The notes under the pieces: model-generated
What the model saw: the letters and a program-made list of their open reading frames with translations, nothing else
Databases searched by the model: none
Told to the model about the DNA's origin: nothing
Position numbers and translations under genes: made by a program
Shown: one piece after another, positions 19,572 through 29,492 of the stretch
Layout of the letters: every line of letters starts with the position of its first letter
Position numbering within the stretch: the stretch's first letter is position 1
IMG/VR virus record: IMGVR_UViG_3300025869_000011
Coordinates: 13,873-77,872 of that record
Length of the DNA: 64,000 bases
Direction: 5' to 3' (one strand)
Origin: a virus

Positions 19572-21536
19572 ATGGAAAAAGTTATTAAAGAAGGCCAAAC
19601 TCAGGTTTACATGGATGGTGGAATTGACCGCCAATATGGAGTTAATACTGACGCACCTTACCTTAACGCCCCTAATCAACAATTATTAGATATAGTTGGT
19701 GTATTATTTGCACAGAGCGGTAAAACAAAATTAGACGGTAAAAACGGAAAGGTGGTTAATGAAGGACCTATGACAGACTCACAGGTACTTTCTATTTTAG
19801 TCGGAATGGGAATTCCCCAACAATTAGGTATGAGTGCTATAAATGCCTTTAAAGGAAACAACATAACAGAAAATAATAAACAAAAAAATCATAACGAAAT
19901 GAAATTTACAATTGCTGAACTGCACGAAAATGTTATGAAGAGCATTGATGCACTAAAAGAAATGAATTCGGATAATTCCAGAACTTCTTATACTGCTAAG
20001 AATGCCCTTGACATTTTAGAAGAATCTCTAAAGGCATTCCCGATGAGATTTAAGAACGAAGAAACCAAAGTAATTAGCGAAGAAATAGAAAACAGTGTTA
20101 ATCCTATGCTTAAGTTTAACATTGCTAAAAATCTTCATAGAAACTTAGCTTCTTCTGATTGGTTAAATCCAATTAACGAATTAAGATCTTATATCACAGG
20201 AGCTTATAACGATGCTAAATGGTCTTTCAGAATATCTGAAGCTGTTTCTAGAACACAATCACAAAAAGGTAAAATGTATGAAAGTTTAGTAACTGACTTA
20301 GAAGGTTTACTAACAGAATCATCTGATACTATTAAATCTAAGTTTTCTGCAATTGCTGCAAAGAACCCATGGTCAATGGATTGTAAAGCTATTCTAAATG
20401 AAATGAAGGCAGATGATAACAAAGCTACTGCAAATGGAGGTGGAACAATTTCTACTATCCTTTCACCGGTTTTAGAATCTGAAAATGGATTAACATTCCA
20501 CTTACATGGAAAAAACTATAACTTTAATGGAAAGACAATTACTGAAACTGAAGTTAAAGATTCAAGATTCTTTGATGTATTGGAAGGTCTAGGAATGTTT
20601 AAAAACATGAACGGTACTTTGGTTACTTTCGGAGAAGGTAATAATAAAACGTTAGAATACAATTTATCTGAAGGTACATTAAAATTAGGAAATACTGATT
20701 TATCAAATGTAAGCATCATTGAATTAAAAGAATCTTTAATGGCTCTTAATTTCTTTGGTTACAGAAATCAATGGAAAATTGATAATGTATGTAAGTTTTT
20801 TGAATCTATTGATCTTCTTGCCGAAATGGATAATTTTACAAACATTACCTCAACTGAGTTTACTAATCTATTTTTAACTATGATAGGGGTTCAGGAAGGT
20901 ATCTATGTAAATAAAGTTAATTCAGGAATGCATGTTAATGAAATGGTATTTGTACCTTCTGCAACTGAGGCTGTAAAATTAGTAAAAGAATTTATTAATT
21001 ATGATGCTACTCCAATTCTTTCAGAAAGATTAATTGCTGAAAATGATGAAGCTGCTAAAATTGAAAAATCACGATCTGACATTTCAGATAAAATATCATT
21101 CTTAGAAGAAAAGAAAGCAAAAGTAAAAGATGCTATTGATAAGCTTGGTGAAACTGAAGAACTCACAGAAGCAATGAATTTACTAGAAGAAGAAATTTCT
21201 AAATTTGAAAAATCATTACAAGAAACTTATGACAGAGTTGTATTAGGTGGAAATAAAGGTGATAAATCTAAAACTCATGACGGTGAAGATTTTGAAGATG
21301 ATGATGAAAAGGATGAATCAGTAACAGAAAAAAAAAGTCGTAACGATTATTTAAACGACGGTTTTGTAGAAGCTGAAATTAACAAGAACGGTAATGGTCT
21401 TAAAAAAGGTATGGAAGTTATGGTAAGTGCTGAAGATTATACTTCATTAGGCGATAAAGATCAATTAGAATGTATTGATCCTAAAACTGGAAAAACTACT
21501 ATCTGTCCAAAAAGCCAACTCAACGTTAAGATTTAA
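19572..21536 (+). CDS. Large hypothetical protein, probably virion/prohead associated
   Basis: Late promoter, coiled-coil C-terminus, several hydrophobic-X-E sites. Confidence 0.5.
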   Translation: MEKVIKEGQTQVYMDGGIDRQYGVNTDAPYLNAPNQQLLDIVGVLFAQSGKTKLDGKNGKVVNEGPMTDSQVLSILVGMGIPQQLGMSAINAFKGNNITENNKQKNHNEMKFTIAELHENVMKSIDALKEMNSDNSRTSYTAKNALDILEESLKAFPMRFKNEETKVISEEIENSVNPMLKFNIAKNLHRNLASSDWLNPINELRSYITGAYNDAKWSFRISEAVSRTQSQKGKMYESLVTDLEGLLTESSDTIKSKFSAIAAKNPWSMDCKAILNEMKADDNKATANGGGTISTILSPVLESENGLTFHLHGKNYNFNGKTITETEVKDSRFFDVLEGLGMFKNMNGTLVTFGEGNNKTLEYNLSEGTLKLGNTDLSNVSIIELKESLMALNFFGYRNQWKIDNVCKFFESIDLLAEMDNFTNITSTEFTNLFLTMIGVQEGIYVNKVNSGMHVNEMVFVPSATEAVKLVKEFINYDATPILSERLIAENDEAAKIEKSRSDISDKISFLEEKKAKVKDAIDKLGETEELTEAMNLLEEEISKFEKSLQETYDRVVLGGNKGDKSKTHDGEDFEDDDEKDESVTEKKSRNDYLNDGFVEAEINKNGNGLKKGMEVMVSAEDYTSLGDKDQLECIDPKTGKTTICPKSQLNVKI

Positions 21537-21552
21537 TAACACCCACTATATA

Positions 21553-21590
21553 GAAAAGCCGGTAGTAATAATAAACTATCGGCTTTTTTT
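21553..21590 (+). terminator. Rho-independent terminator overlapping the gp55 promoter
   Basis: AAAAGCCGGTAGT-loop-ACTATCGGCTTTTTTT. Confidence 0.75.
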
Positions 21591-21605
21591 GTATATAATA
21601 ATAAA
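21573..21605 (+). promoter_or_regulatory. Putative middle promoter driving gp55
   Basis: AAAC-N17-TATAATAATAAA. Confidence 0.65.
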
Positions 21606-21619
21606 TAAAACATTTATAA

Positions 21620-21985
21620 ATGGCAAGAAAAAGAAATTATCTAAATAATAGAGATCTTTTAGAACAAATAATATTATCCAAAGAACAAGATGAGCTCACC
21701 CCAAAGGCATTAGAATTTTTAATGTTATTAGCAGACAAATGTTCTAGGAAATTATCATACGCAAATCCAGACGATAGACAAGACTGTATAGCATCTGCTT
21801 ATATGGACTTATTTAAATATTGGAGAAACTTTAATCCAGAAAAATCAACTAATGCCTTCGCTTATTTTACTGAAATATGTAAAAGAGGATTTGCAAAAGG
21901 TTGGAATAAATTACATCCTAGGAAATACGCTGGTACTGTATCAATTAATGGTAGCGCTGATAGCGACGGTATTTATACAATATAA
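21620..21985 (+). CDS. gp55: Late-transcription sigma factor, gp55-like (short, 121 aa)
   Basis: NYLNNRDLL and FNPEKSTNAFAYFTEIC match gp55 motifs. Confidence 0.8.
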   Translation: MARKRNYLNNRDLLEQIILSKEQDELTPKALEFLMLLADKCSRKLSYANPDDRQDCIASAYMDLFKYWRNFNPEKSTNAFAYFTEICKRGFAKGWNKLHPRKYAGTVSINGSADSDGIYTI

Positions 21986-21992
21986 ATTTTAA

Positions 21993-22472
21993 ATGAGCAT
22001 TAAAAAGGTAAAACCTACTTCTAAGTCAGGATTTAAACAAGGTTATTATAATCCTGTTAATCCACAAAAGTATATAGGAGAACATCCTATCATATACAGA
22101 AGTAGCTGGGAAAGAAAGTTTTGCCATTGGTGTGATCATAATGATGAAGTATTAAAATGGGCATCTGAACCATTCTCAGTAAAATACTTTAATATGTTAG
22201 ATAAAAAGTTTCATAATTATTACCCAGACTTTTATATGAAGATGAATAAAGGCGAAGGTATAATTGAAGAATTTGTAGTAGAGATAAAACCTAAGGCACA
22301 ATTACAAAAACCAAAGGCCCCAAAAAGAAAAACACCAAAGGCACTAAAGAATTTTAAACATGGATATGAAACTTATGTTAGGAACCTTTGTAAAACTGAA
22401 GCATTAAATAAAATGGCTAAATTAAGAAATTTTAAAGTTATGCTATTAACCGAAGACTCAAAATTGTTTTAA
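21993..22472 (+). CDS. gp4: Head completion nuclease (TnsA-like)
   Basis: YRSSWERKFCHWCD, WASEP, YYPDF, VEIKP. Confidence 0.88.
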   Translation: MSIKKVKPTSKSGFKQGYYNPVNPQKYIGEHPIIYRSSWERKFCHWCDHNDEVLKWASEPFSVKYFNMLDKKFHNYYPDFYMKMNKGEGIIEEFVVEIKPKAQLQKPKAPKRKTPKALKNFKHGYETYVRNLCKTEALNKMAKLRNFKVMLLTEDSKLF

Positions 22473-23047
22473 TGGCTATAGTAGGATCATTTCAAATAGA
22501 TTTAGATATTTATCTTAAAGAAAATAAAGGTAGATCAGGGGCATCTAAGCAATCGGATTCTTCATTATCTACGATTGGTGATAAAGCTAGAGGTGATCTT
22601 GAAAATGGTAAGATGTATTCTTTTGAATATTTTACACCTGAAGAAACTTTTTATGATACCTATCCTATAGTATTAGGTTTAGGTAAAAGTATAGATAATC
22701 ATCAGCTAGGATTAAATCTTCACTATATTCCATATGAAGCAAGAATACCTTTTTTATCTGATGTATATAGATCATTTAAAGATACTATACTAAGAGAGAC
22801 AAACACCGCACCTGGAAATCCTAATAGACAATCTAGGTTAAATGAATTTACATATGATAATTTAAAACAATCATTAGGTAGAAAATACAATATAACATAT
22901 GCCATTAGGCAATATAGAATAGATAGAATAAGAAAACCCAGAGTGATGAGTTATGCTGATTGGTACATAGGTGCTGTAAATAACGAAAATCATTTCTTTG
23001 GTGGAAATATTAATGATGCACAAGCATTATATTATAAGAATATATAA
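22472..23047 (+). CDS. gp2: DNA end protector protein
   Basis: GKMYSFEY, YDTYP, GLNLHYIP. Confidence 0.75.
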   Translation: MAIVGSFQIDLDIYLKENKGRSGASKQSDSSLSTIGDKARGDLENGKMYSFEYFTPEETFYDTYPIVLGLGKSIDNHQLGLNLHYIPYEARIPFLSDVYRSFKDTILRETNTAPGNPNRQSRLNEFTYDNLKQSLGRKYNITYAIRQYRIDRIRKPRVMSYADWYIGAVNNENHFFGGNINDAQALYYKNI

Positions 23048-23048
23048 A
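23038..23048 (+). promoter_or_regulatory. Putative late promoter
   Basis: GAATATATAAA before the portal gene. Confidence 0.55.
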
Positions 23049-23067
23049 CAATAAAAGATAAAACAAT

Positions 23068-24717
23068 ATGGCAGGTTTTACTGATAGAAGAGGACCCTTA
23101 AGTACAGGTAATCCAGTAAGGAAGATTTTAAAGGATCTTTCTAATTTAGGCATGGCTTACGATGATATGATCATTCGTAATTCTCGTGCTGTAGGTTTTA
23201 CAGAAAACCAAATGGGTTATACGTTTAATCCAATGGGATCTGATTCCGATGATATGTATAGCGCCTTTGCTGCATTATCATTAACTGATACTACCATGAA
23301 AAAGAATATCTCTATCTTTGATAGGGATTATGAAAGAAAAAGAGATCAGCTTAGAGAATATGCAGTACAAGATGAAATAGAAGATATCTTAGATGTAATT
23401 ACTGATGAAGCGATTGTATTTGATGAATCTAATTATATGGCTTATGCAGATTTTAATGGTCATATAGCATCATCAATAGAAGATGAAATTGGAGATGTGT
23501 ATAATAACTTATATAATTATTTTGGATTTAATGATTCTATTTCTCCGTGGAATTATTTTAGAAAATGGTTAGTAGATGGGTTTTTGGCATTTGAAATAGT
23601 TTATAATGATAAGCAAACTGAAATTATTGGATTTAAAGAATTGGATCCTATTTCATTAATGCCTGGTCTTGATACAGATACAGGTAAAAAACAATGGGTG
23701 CAATATCAAGGCCAAGGTGCAAAAGAGAGAAAGCTATGGGATTCTCAAATTATTTACTTATCATATTCTTCAATTAATTCTCCTATGAGAATATCTTATG
23801 TGGAGCGATTAATAAGATCGTTTAATCTTTTAAGAATTATGGAAACAACCAGAATCATCTGGGCTGTTTCTAATGCTTCATTTAAAACTCAATTTATTAT
23901 ACCTGTAGGTGGTAAATCTAAAACCAGAGCAAAGCAGTCTCTGGCGCAATTAATGAATTCATATAGAGAAGTTGTTGATTTTAATCAAGAGAGCGGTGAA
24001 ATTGTAACCAACGGAAAATCAATGATGCCTTTCAATAAGGAATATTGGTTACCATCAAAAGACGGTGAATCCCCAGAGATTAGTACAATCGGTGGAGATG
24101 GACCAGATCTTGGTGATACAGAATCTCTTAAGTATTTTGCTGATAGACTAAAAATGGCTTCTAAGATTCCTTTTTCGCGATTTGATAAAGAAGGCGGTAA
24201 TACTTATGATATGGATGCTAGTGGAATGTTAAGAGATGAAATTAAATTTTCTAAATTTATTGACCGTCTTAGATCTATATTCCAAGAAGTACTTGTAAAA
24301 CCGATGTATCTTCAAATGTGTCTTAATCACCCTGAATTAAAAAATGATGTTTCATTTAAATCTGGTTTAGGACTTAAATTTGTTAAAGATAATGTGTTTG
24401 AGGAAATGAAAGAAATGGAGTTACAAACAAAAAGAGTAGACTTCATTGGAAATCTTAAAACACAGTTAAGTACAATGACTGCAGAAATGGAGGAAATTCC
24501 ATACTTCGATTTAGGATTCCTTGTTAAGAGGTACGGTGGCTTTACACGAGAAGATTTAAAAGCTAATCAGAGGGCTAAGGAAAGAACCGATTTAGAAAAG
24601 GAGGGGTATAAGGAAGAAGATATTGAAAAGATCCTTTTAGGTGCTGATAAGGCAGATTTTGAACCGGAAAAGAATAGTAATGGAATTGATGATGATCCAT
24701 TAGCAGACCTAGGATAA
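23068..24717 (+). CDS. gp20: Portal protein
   Basis: FRKWLVDG, FNLLRIME, EYWLP, KIPFSR, RDEIKFSKFIDRLRSIF. Confidence 0.92.
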   Translation: MAGFTDRRGPLSTGNPVRKILKDLSNLGMAYDDMIIRNSRAVGFTENQMGYTFNPMGSDSDDMYSAFAALSLTDTTMKKNISIFDRDYERKRDQLREYAVQDEIEDILDVITDEAIVFDESNYMAYADFNGHIASSIEDEIGDVYNNLYNYFGFNDSISPWNYFRKWLVDGFLAFEIVYNDKQTEIIGFKELDPISLMPGLDTDTGKKQWVQYQGQGAKERKLWDSQIIYLSYSSINSPMRISYVERLIRSFNLLRIMETTRIIWAVSNASFKTQFIIPVGGKSKTRAKQSLAQLMNSYREVVDFNQESGEIVTNGKSMMPFNKEYWLPSKDGESPEISTIGGDGPDLGDTESLKYFADRLKMASKIPFSRFDKEGGNTYDMDASGMLRDEIKFSKFIDRLRSIFQEVLVKPMYLQMCLNHPELKNDVSFKSGLGLKFVKDNVFEEMKEMELQTKRVDFIGNLKTQLSTMTAEMEEIPYFDLGFLVKRYGGFTREDLKANQRAKERTDLEKEGYKEEDIEKILLGADKADFEPEKNSNGIDDDPLADLG

Positions 24718-24735
24718 AAAGTTTGCAAACATTGT

Positions 24736-24745
24736 AATATATAAA
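24736..24745 (+). promoter_or_regulatory. Putative late promoter
   Basis: AATATATAAA. Confidence 0.5.
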
Positions 24746-24763
24746 TCAAATAACTAATAGAAA

Positions 24764-26566
24764 ATGTCAGGAAAAAAATTATTGATTCTTGAAAGACAGA
24801 AATCAAATTTAGATATAACCACCGGTGAAGACGGTTCAGTTGTATTAGAAGGTGTATTTACCGAGTTTGATGTTAAGAACAAGAACAACAGGATTTACGA
24901 GGAAAAAGAAGTAATGCCTCATATCAATGAATTACAAGAAAAGGTTAAAACCAATAAACTTCTAGGTGAATTAGATCACCCTAAAGATTTTGATGTTAGT
25001 TTGGCTAATGTCTCTCATGTTGTTGAATCATTAGATTATGATAAGACTAAAAAACAAGTTATTGGAAAAATCAGATTACTAAATACCTCTAAAGGTAAAG
25101 AAGCACAAGCTCTTATTAAAGATGGTATTCCTTTACATATTTCAAGTAGAGCTGCTGGTACAGTAGATGAAAATGGTAAAGTTAAAATTAAAAAGTTTTT
25201 TACTTATGACTTGGTTGCAGATCCTGGCTTTGAAAATGCCGAGTTATCAAGAGTAAACGAATCTTTTGGTTTAAGTAATGATGATGGTATATTAATCTAT
25301 GAAATGGAAGAAACTGAAAATAACGATAATAAAAAAGATCTAACGATGGAAAATAATAATTTTGTAACTGTTGAAGATTTTCAAAAGTATACTGAATATG
25401 TATCTGGTGTTTTAAGTAATGTTAAAGAATCTACTAATTCTAATAATGATGAGGTAATGGAAAAACTTATTAAATACACTGAGCATATTGCAGAGAAAGT
25501 AAATCAGGTTACTGATTATGCTGAATACTTATCAGAGAATCTTGATAAAAATATTTCATACTCTGACTATTTAGCAGAGAATGTAAATTCAATTAAAGAT
25601 TATGCTAGTTATTTAGCTGAAGAGCTTGATGGTAGTATTCAATATGCTGAGCATGTTGCTGAGATGGCTGACAAAGGAATTGCATATTCTAATTATGTTG
25701 CTGAAAACTTAGAGAAGAGTATTGATTATTCTGAATATGTAGCCGAGAAGGTTGATCAGAATATTGCTTATTCTGAATATCTTGGTGAAAATGTAGATAA
25801 GAGTATTAAATATACTGAATACGTTGCAGAAAATGTAAATTCTACTAACGGTGAAAGTATTAATGAAGATACTGTTAATGAATACGGTATGAAAGAAAGT
25901 TCTATGCCAACAATAGAAGAAGTTTCAAAATGTATGGATGAAGGAATGACTTATGAGCAAGTTTGTGAAAAGTATCCTGATGCAGACAAAGCGAAATTAA
26001 AAGAAATGTGTGAATCGTGTGGAAAGACTCATGAGGCTGAAGATTACAAAGAATCTATTGAGGAGAAATTAAATAAACTTATTTCTGCTGCTGAAACTAA
26101 AAATGTATCTGAAATGCATTTTATGAATTTCTTAGGAGAATCAAAAAAGAATCAGTTTAATGCTTTACCTGAAAGTAAGCAAGCTATGATTGTAGAATCA
26201 ATGAATTCACAACCTATTATGTCAACTATACAAGCTGAAAATATTTGGGAATCTAATTTCATTGAAAAGAAAAGAGAAATAAATGTAATTGATGATATGC
26301 CAGAAAGATTCCGTGGAAAATGGAATAACCTTTCTGAATCAAGACAACAACAAATTATATCTGAATCAAGATTCCACCCAGTTGGTAATCAATACGGAAT
26401 TAATAATTTCTGGGCAACAAGAGATCTAAGAGATACTCAAATTGCTACTGAATCTATTAATGAAAGTAAAACTGCTGCTGAGGCTGCTAATAAAAAAGAA
26501 CCATTAGTTAATGAATCTTTTGCTGCTGACCTTATTAGTAAAGTTAAGTTTAATTTAGGTAAATAA
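24764..26566 (+). CDS. gp21: Prohead protease fused to scaffold/core protein (gp21+gp22-like)
   Basis: LEGVF, NKNNRIY, LGELDHP, ISSRAAG, DLVADPGF in the first about 165 aa, followed by an acidic repetitive coiled coil. Confidence 0.85.
   Translation: MSGKKLLILERQKSNLDITTGEDGSVVLEGVFTEFDVKNKNNRIYEEKEVMPHINELQEKVKTNKLLGELDHPKDFDVSLANVSHVVESLDYDKTKKQVIGKIRLLNTSKGKEAQALIKDGIPLHISSRAAGTVDENGKVKIKKFFTYDLVADPGFENAELSRVNESFGLSNDDGILIYEMEETENNDNKKDLTMENNNFVTVEDFQKYTEYVSGVLSNVKESTNSNNDEVMEKLIKYTEHIAEKVNQVTDYAEYLSENLDKNISYSDYLAENVNSIKDYASYLAEELDGSIQYAEHVAEMADKGIAYSNYVAENLEKSIDYSEYVAEKVDQNIAYSEYLGENVDKSIKYTEYVAENVNSTNGESINEDTVNEYGMKESSMPTIEEVSKCMDEGMTYEQVCEKYPDADKAKLKEMCESCGKTHEAEDYKESIEEKLNKLISAAETKNVSEMHFMNFLGESKKNQFNALPESKQAMIVESMNSQPIMSTIQAENIWESNFIEKKREINVIDDMPERFRGKWNNLSESRQQQIISESRFHPVGNQYGINNFWATRDLRDTQIATESINESKTAAEAANKKEPLVNESFAADLISKVKFNLGK
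25473..25840 (+). repeat. About nine degenerate 14-aa (42-nt) repeats in the scaffold region
   Basis: YTEHIAEKVNQVTD/YAEYLSENLDKNIS/YSDYLAENVNSIKD/YASYLAEELDGSIQ/YAEHVAEMADKGIA/YSNYVAENLEKSID/YSEYVAEKVDQNIA/YSEYLGENVDKSIK/YTEYVAENV. Confidence 0.85.
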
Positions 26567-26585
26567 ATAAAGAAACAAATAATAT

Positions 26586-26645
26586 TAATCGAATGGTCAA
26601 GAAGAAAAGGACCGAGGCGATTAAAAACCGGAATTTTATAATTCC
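26586..26645 (+). promoter_or_regulatory. Structured 5' leader of the major capsid gene (two hairpins)
   Basis: TAATCG/CGATTA enclosing GGTC/GACC, then GGAATT-TTAT-AATTCC. Confidence 0.45.
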
Positions 26646-26673
26646 AAAAAATGCGAAAAATAATTTTTAAAAA

Positions 26674-28410
26674 ATGTACGCAAATCAATTAATCAACGAG
26701 TCCGAGGTTCAAAAGACCTGGGGACCTATCATTGAGGAAGCTACTGGTATCACTGAAAAGTCTAAGTTATCTTGGATGTCTAAGTACTGCCATTATCACA
26801 ACCTTAATGAAAGTGTATATAATACTGTACACTTAAATCCAAATATGAATGTACCAGGTATGGATGCGGTAACTTTACCAGGCAACCCTACTACAATGAA
26901 TGCATTCTCTGGACAAACTGCTGGATCTGGTGACAGACCTTTTTCTTTGCTTCCACTTGCAATGCAAGTTGCTGCTCAGACTGTAGGTTTAGACTTAGTA
27001 CCTGTAGTACCAATGCAAGGCCCAATGGGAATTCTTACTTACCTAGACTTTGTCTATGGTGGTGGTTTAACTAACCAAGCAGGTGGTGTAGATGGAAATT
27101 CTGCTCCATTATTAATTAAAGTACCTGTAACATTAGGTTCTGGTATTGCTGCTTTAGCAGTAAACGATGTAAACTATGTTGGTACTGGTACTAATGGTTC
27201 TTATGAACTTACTTTCGTAGGTGCATCAAGAATTGACGGATATCCAATCTTCCGTGTAAGAGGTAAATCTACTGACGCAGTAGAAGGTACTGATCCTTAC
27301 AGACAAGGTGAAGAAGGTTACGAACCAATTTATACTGCTATCGTAGGTGGTGGTGCTCCAACAGATTTATATTCTAATGATACATTAGCTGCATCTATTG
27401 GTACTTTTGGTGGAAGCCCTGAATATGTAAAAGCTTTAGAAGACCATATTACTGGTTTCTCAGGTAACGCATTTGAGGCTAACAACCCTGCTACCGGTGC
27501 ACCTGCATTTGGTTCAGAAGATATCAATGGTGTAGATCCATACCAAAGAGGTGTTGGAGAATCAACTCCAGATAACCTTTTAGGTCTTTCATTGTTCAAT
27601 AAATCAGTTGCTGCTAAAACTTATCAAGTTGCTGCCGCTGTAACAAGAGAACAAGTTCAGGATTTAAAACAATTCGGAATCGACGCAGTTGCTCAAGTAG
27701 AAGCTGTATTGGTAAATGAGTTAACTCAATCTATCAACAAATACATCTTGGATAGAATCTTCAGAAATGGAGCTACTAACGCAAATAATGTATTTAGTGT
27801 GGACGCATTAAACTTATCTGCTTCGTTTGTTACTGCTGCTCCTGGTGTTACTGCAATCTCTTTAGGTGCTGGTAATTCTAGTAACGCAAACATCTCGTTA
27901 AACACTGCTGATACTGTAGTTGGTTCAGGTGGTGAAACACAAGGATCATTACAACGTAGGTTGTATACTAAAGTTCTTGCTGCTTCTAACTTGATCGCAA
28001 CGAGAGGAAGAAGAGGACCTGCAACGTTTGCAGTATGTTCTGGGGAAATTGCTACGGCACTACAGGATATCGCAGGTTTCGTACCTTACCCACTATCAAA
28101 TACAATCAACCAAGCTGGTGGATCTTTATATCCAATCGGTTCTTTGGCTGGTGTAACTATTTATGTTGATCCAAACATGGCTTGGACTGACTATAGAGTT
28201 GCTGTAGGTAGAAAAGGTGATGGTAATTCTCCTGGTTTAGTATTCATGCCTTACTTAATGGCTGAATCTGTTGAAACAATCGCAGAAGGAACTATGGCTC
28301 CTAAAATCGCGGTTAAATCTAGATTCGCTTTAGTAGATGCTGGATTCCACCCAGAAACTATGTACTACACATTAGGATTTAACTTTGGTACTGGTGTATC
28401 AATTATCTAA
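26674..28410 (+). CDS. gp23: Major capsid protein
   Basis: VVPMQGPMG, EQVQDLK, VNELTQSINK, IATRGRRG, FMPY, PKIAVKSRFAL. Confidence 0.93.
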   Translation: MYANQLINESEVQKTWGPIIEEATGITEKSKLSWMSKYCHYHNLNESVYNTVHLNPNMNVPGMDAVTLPGNPTTMNAFSGQTAGSGDRPFSLLPLAMQVAAQTVGLDLVPVVPMQGPMGILTYLDFVYGGGLTNQAGGVDGNSAPLLIKVPVTLGSGIAALAVNDVNYVGTGTNGSYELTFVGASRIDGYPIFRVRGKSTDAVEGTDPYRQGEEGYEPIYTAIVGGGAPTDLYSNDTLAASIGTFGGSPEYVKALEDHITGFSGNAFEANNPATGAPAFGSEDINGVDPYQRGVGESTPDNLLGLSLFNKSVAAKTYQVAAAVTREQVQDLKQFGIDAVAQVEAVLVNELTQSINKYILDRIFRNGATNANNVFSVDALNLSASFVTAAPGVTAISLGAGNSSNANISLNTADTVVGSGGETQGSLQRRLYTKVLAASNLIATRGRRGPATFAVCSGEIATALQDIAGFVPYPLSNTINQAGGSLYPIGSLAGVTIYVDPNMAWTDYRVAVGRKGDGNSPGLVFMPYLMAESVETIAEGTMAPKIAVKSRFALVDAGFHPETMYYTLGFNFGTGVSII

Positions 28411-28432
28411 TCCTATTTAGGTATATGACTTT

Positions 28433-28468
28433 AAGAAAGGTTCGTCGAAAGGCGGACCTTTTTTGTTT
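28433..28468 (+). terminator. Rho-independent terminator
   Basis: AAAGGTTCGTC-GAAA-GGCGGACCTTT hairpin with GNRA loop and T tract. Confidence 0.85.
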
Positions 28469-28504
28469 TGTATAAGTCTAATATATAAAAAAATAAAACT
28501 AATT

Positions 28505-29479
28505 ATGAAAAGAGTATTATCATATAATGAATTCGTTAATGAATCTAAAAATATTAAGGAAGGTATTACAGATATCAAAGGGATTATGAGTAATCCTATT
28601 AAATATAAAAAGATTAAGAATAATGCTAAAGTTTATCAAAAGACTAAAGTACAACAAGCATTAAATAACTTAGATTACGAAAAGAAGAAAGCTGCTAGTA
28701 AAGGTGACGGTAATTCAAACGTTCTTAAAGTTGCTAACGCTACAAAAAATGCTGCACTTAAAAATCAGTCAACTGCAATAGCGGCAAGAATGAACGATCT
28801 TGCTACAACAGATCCTCTTAAGAAGGTAGTTACTCTTGCAACAAGTAAAGCTAATTTAGCAGCAGCAGAAACGGCACTTAAAGCTGCTGATGCTGAAGAA
28901 TCAAAAGCACTTAAGATTAGAATTAAAAGATTAGCAGGACAAGCGGCCGATGCACAAAAAGCACTTAAAGATTATGAATCTGATTCAAAAAAGGATACTG
29001 CAGATAATGAAACACCGTCTGCTGAAGATAATCAAAAGGCTGCCACTGCAGAGAAAGCTAAATTAGATAAAGAAAAGGCTGAAAGGGAAAAGGAAGCAGC
29101 TAAAGCAAACAAAAAAGCAGATACAAAAGATGAACCAAAAGTAGATGATAAAGCCGAAGCTAAGATTGCTCAACTAGAAAATAGTATTAAGTCACAAGAT
29201 AAAATACAAGCTGATGCAACTAAGAATATAGAAAAATTAAAGGGTGAATTAAAAATAGCACAAGATAATAAAAATACAGGTAAATCATCACAAGCTGAAG
29301 TGGATGCTATCTCAGCTAAAATACAACAAGAAACTGAAGATAAGAAGGCTGCTAAAGCTGAAGAAGATAAACTTAAAAAACAATTAAAACCAATAGCAGA
29401 TAAACAATATGGAGAATCTCATACTCCTTTAGAAGAATCTGTTGCTGATAAGTTTAGAAGATTATCAGGAAAACTGTAA
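28505..29479 (+). CDS. Lys/Ala-rich coiled-coil protein, probable internal head protein
   Basis: Start re-assigned to ATG 28505 after late motif at 28480; N-terminus MKRVLSYNEFVNES resembles the T4 capsid-targeting sequence. Confidence 0.6.
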   Translation: MKRVLSYNEFVNESKNIKEGITDIKGIMSNPIKYKKIKNNAKVYQKTKVQQALNNLDYEKKKAASKGDGNSNVLKVANATKNAALKNQSTAIAARMNDLATTDPLKKVVTLATSKANLAAAETALKAADAEESKALKIRIKRLAGQAADAQKALKDYESDSKKDTADNETPSAEDNQKAATAEKAKLDKEKAEREKEAAKANKKADTKDEPKVDDKAEAKIAQLENSIKSQDKIQADATKNIEKLKGELKIAQDNKNTGKSSQAEVDAISAKIQQETEDKKAAKAEEDKLKKQLKPIADKQYGESHTPLEESVADKFRRLSGKL

Positions 29480-29492
29480 AAAACTATTAACT

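Noticed and set aside
28463-28504. Track start (TTG) for the 338-aa ORF
   Set aside because: It falls within the terminator T tract and upstream of the late promoter motif; ATG 28505 is more plausible
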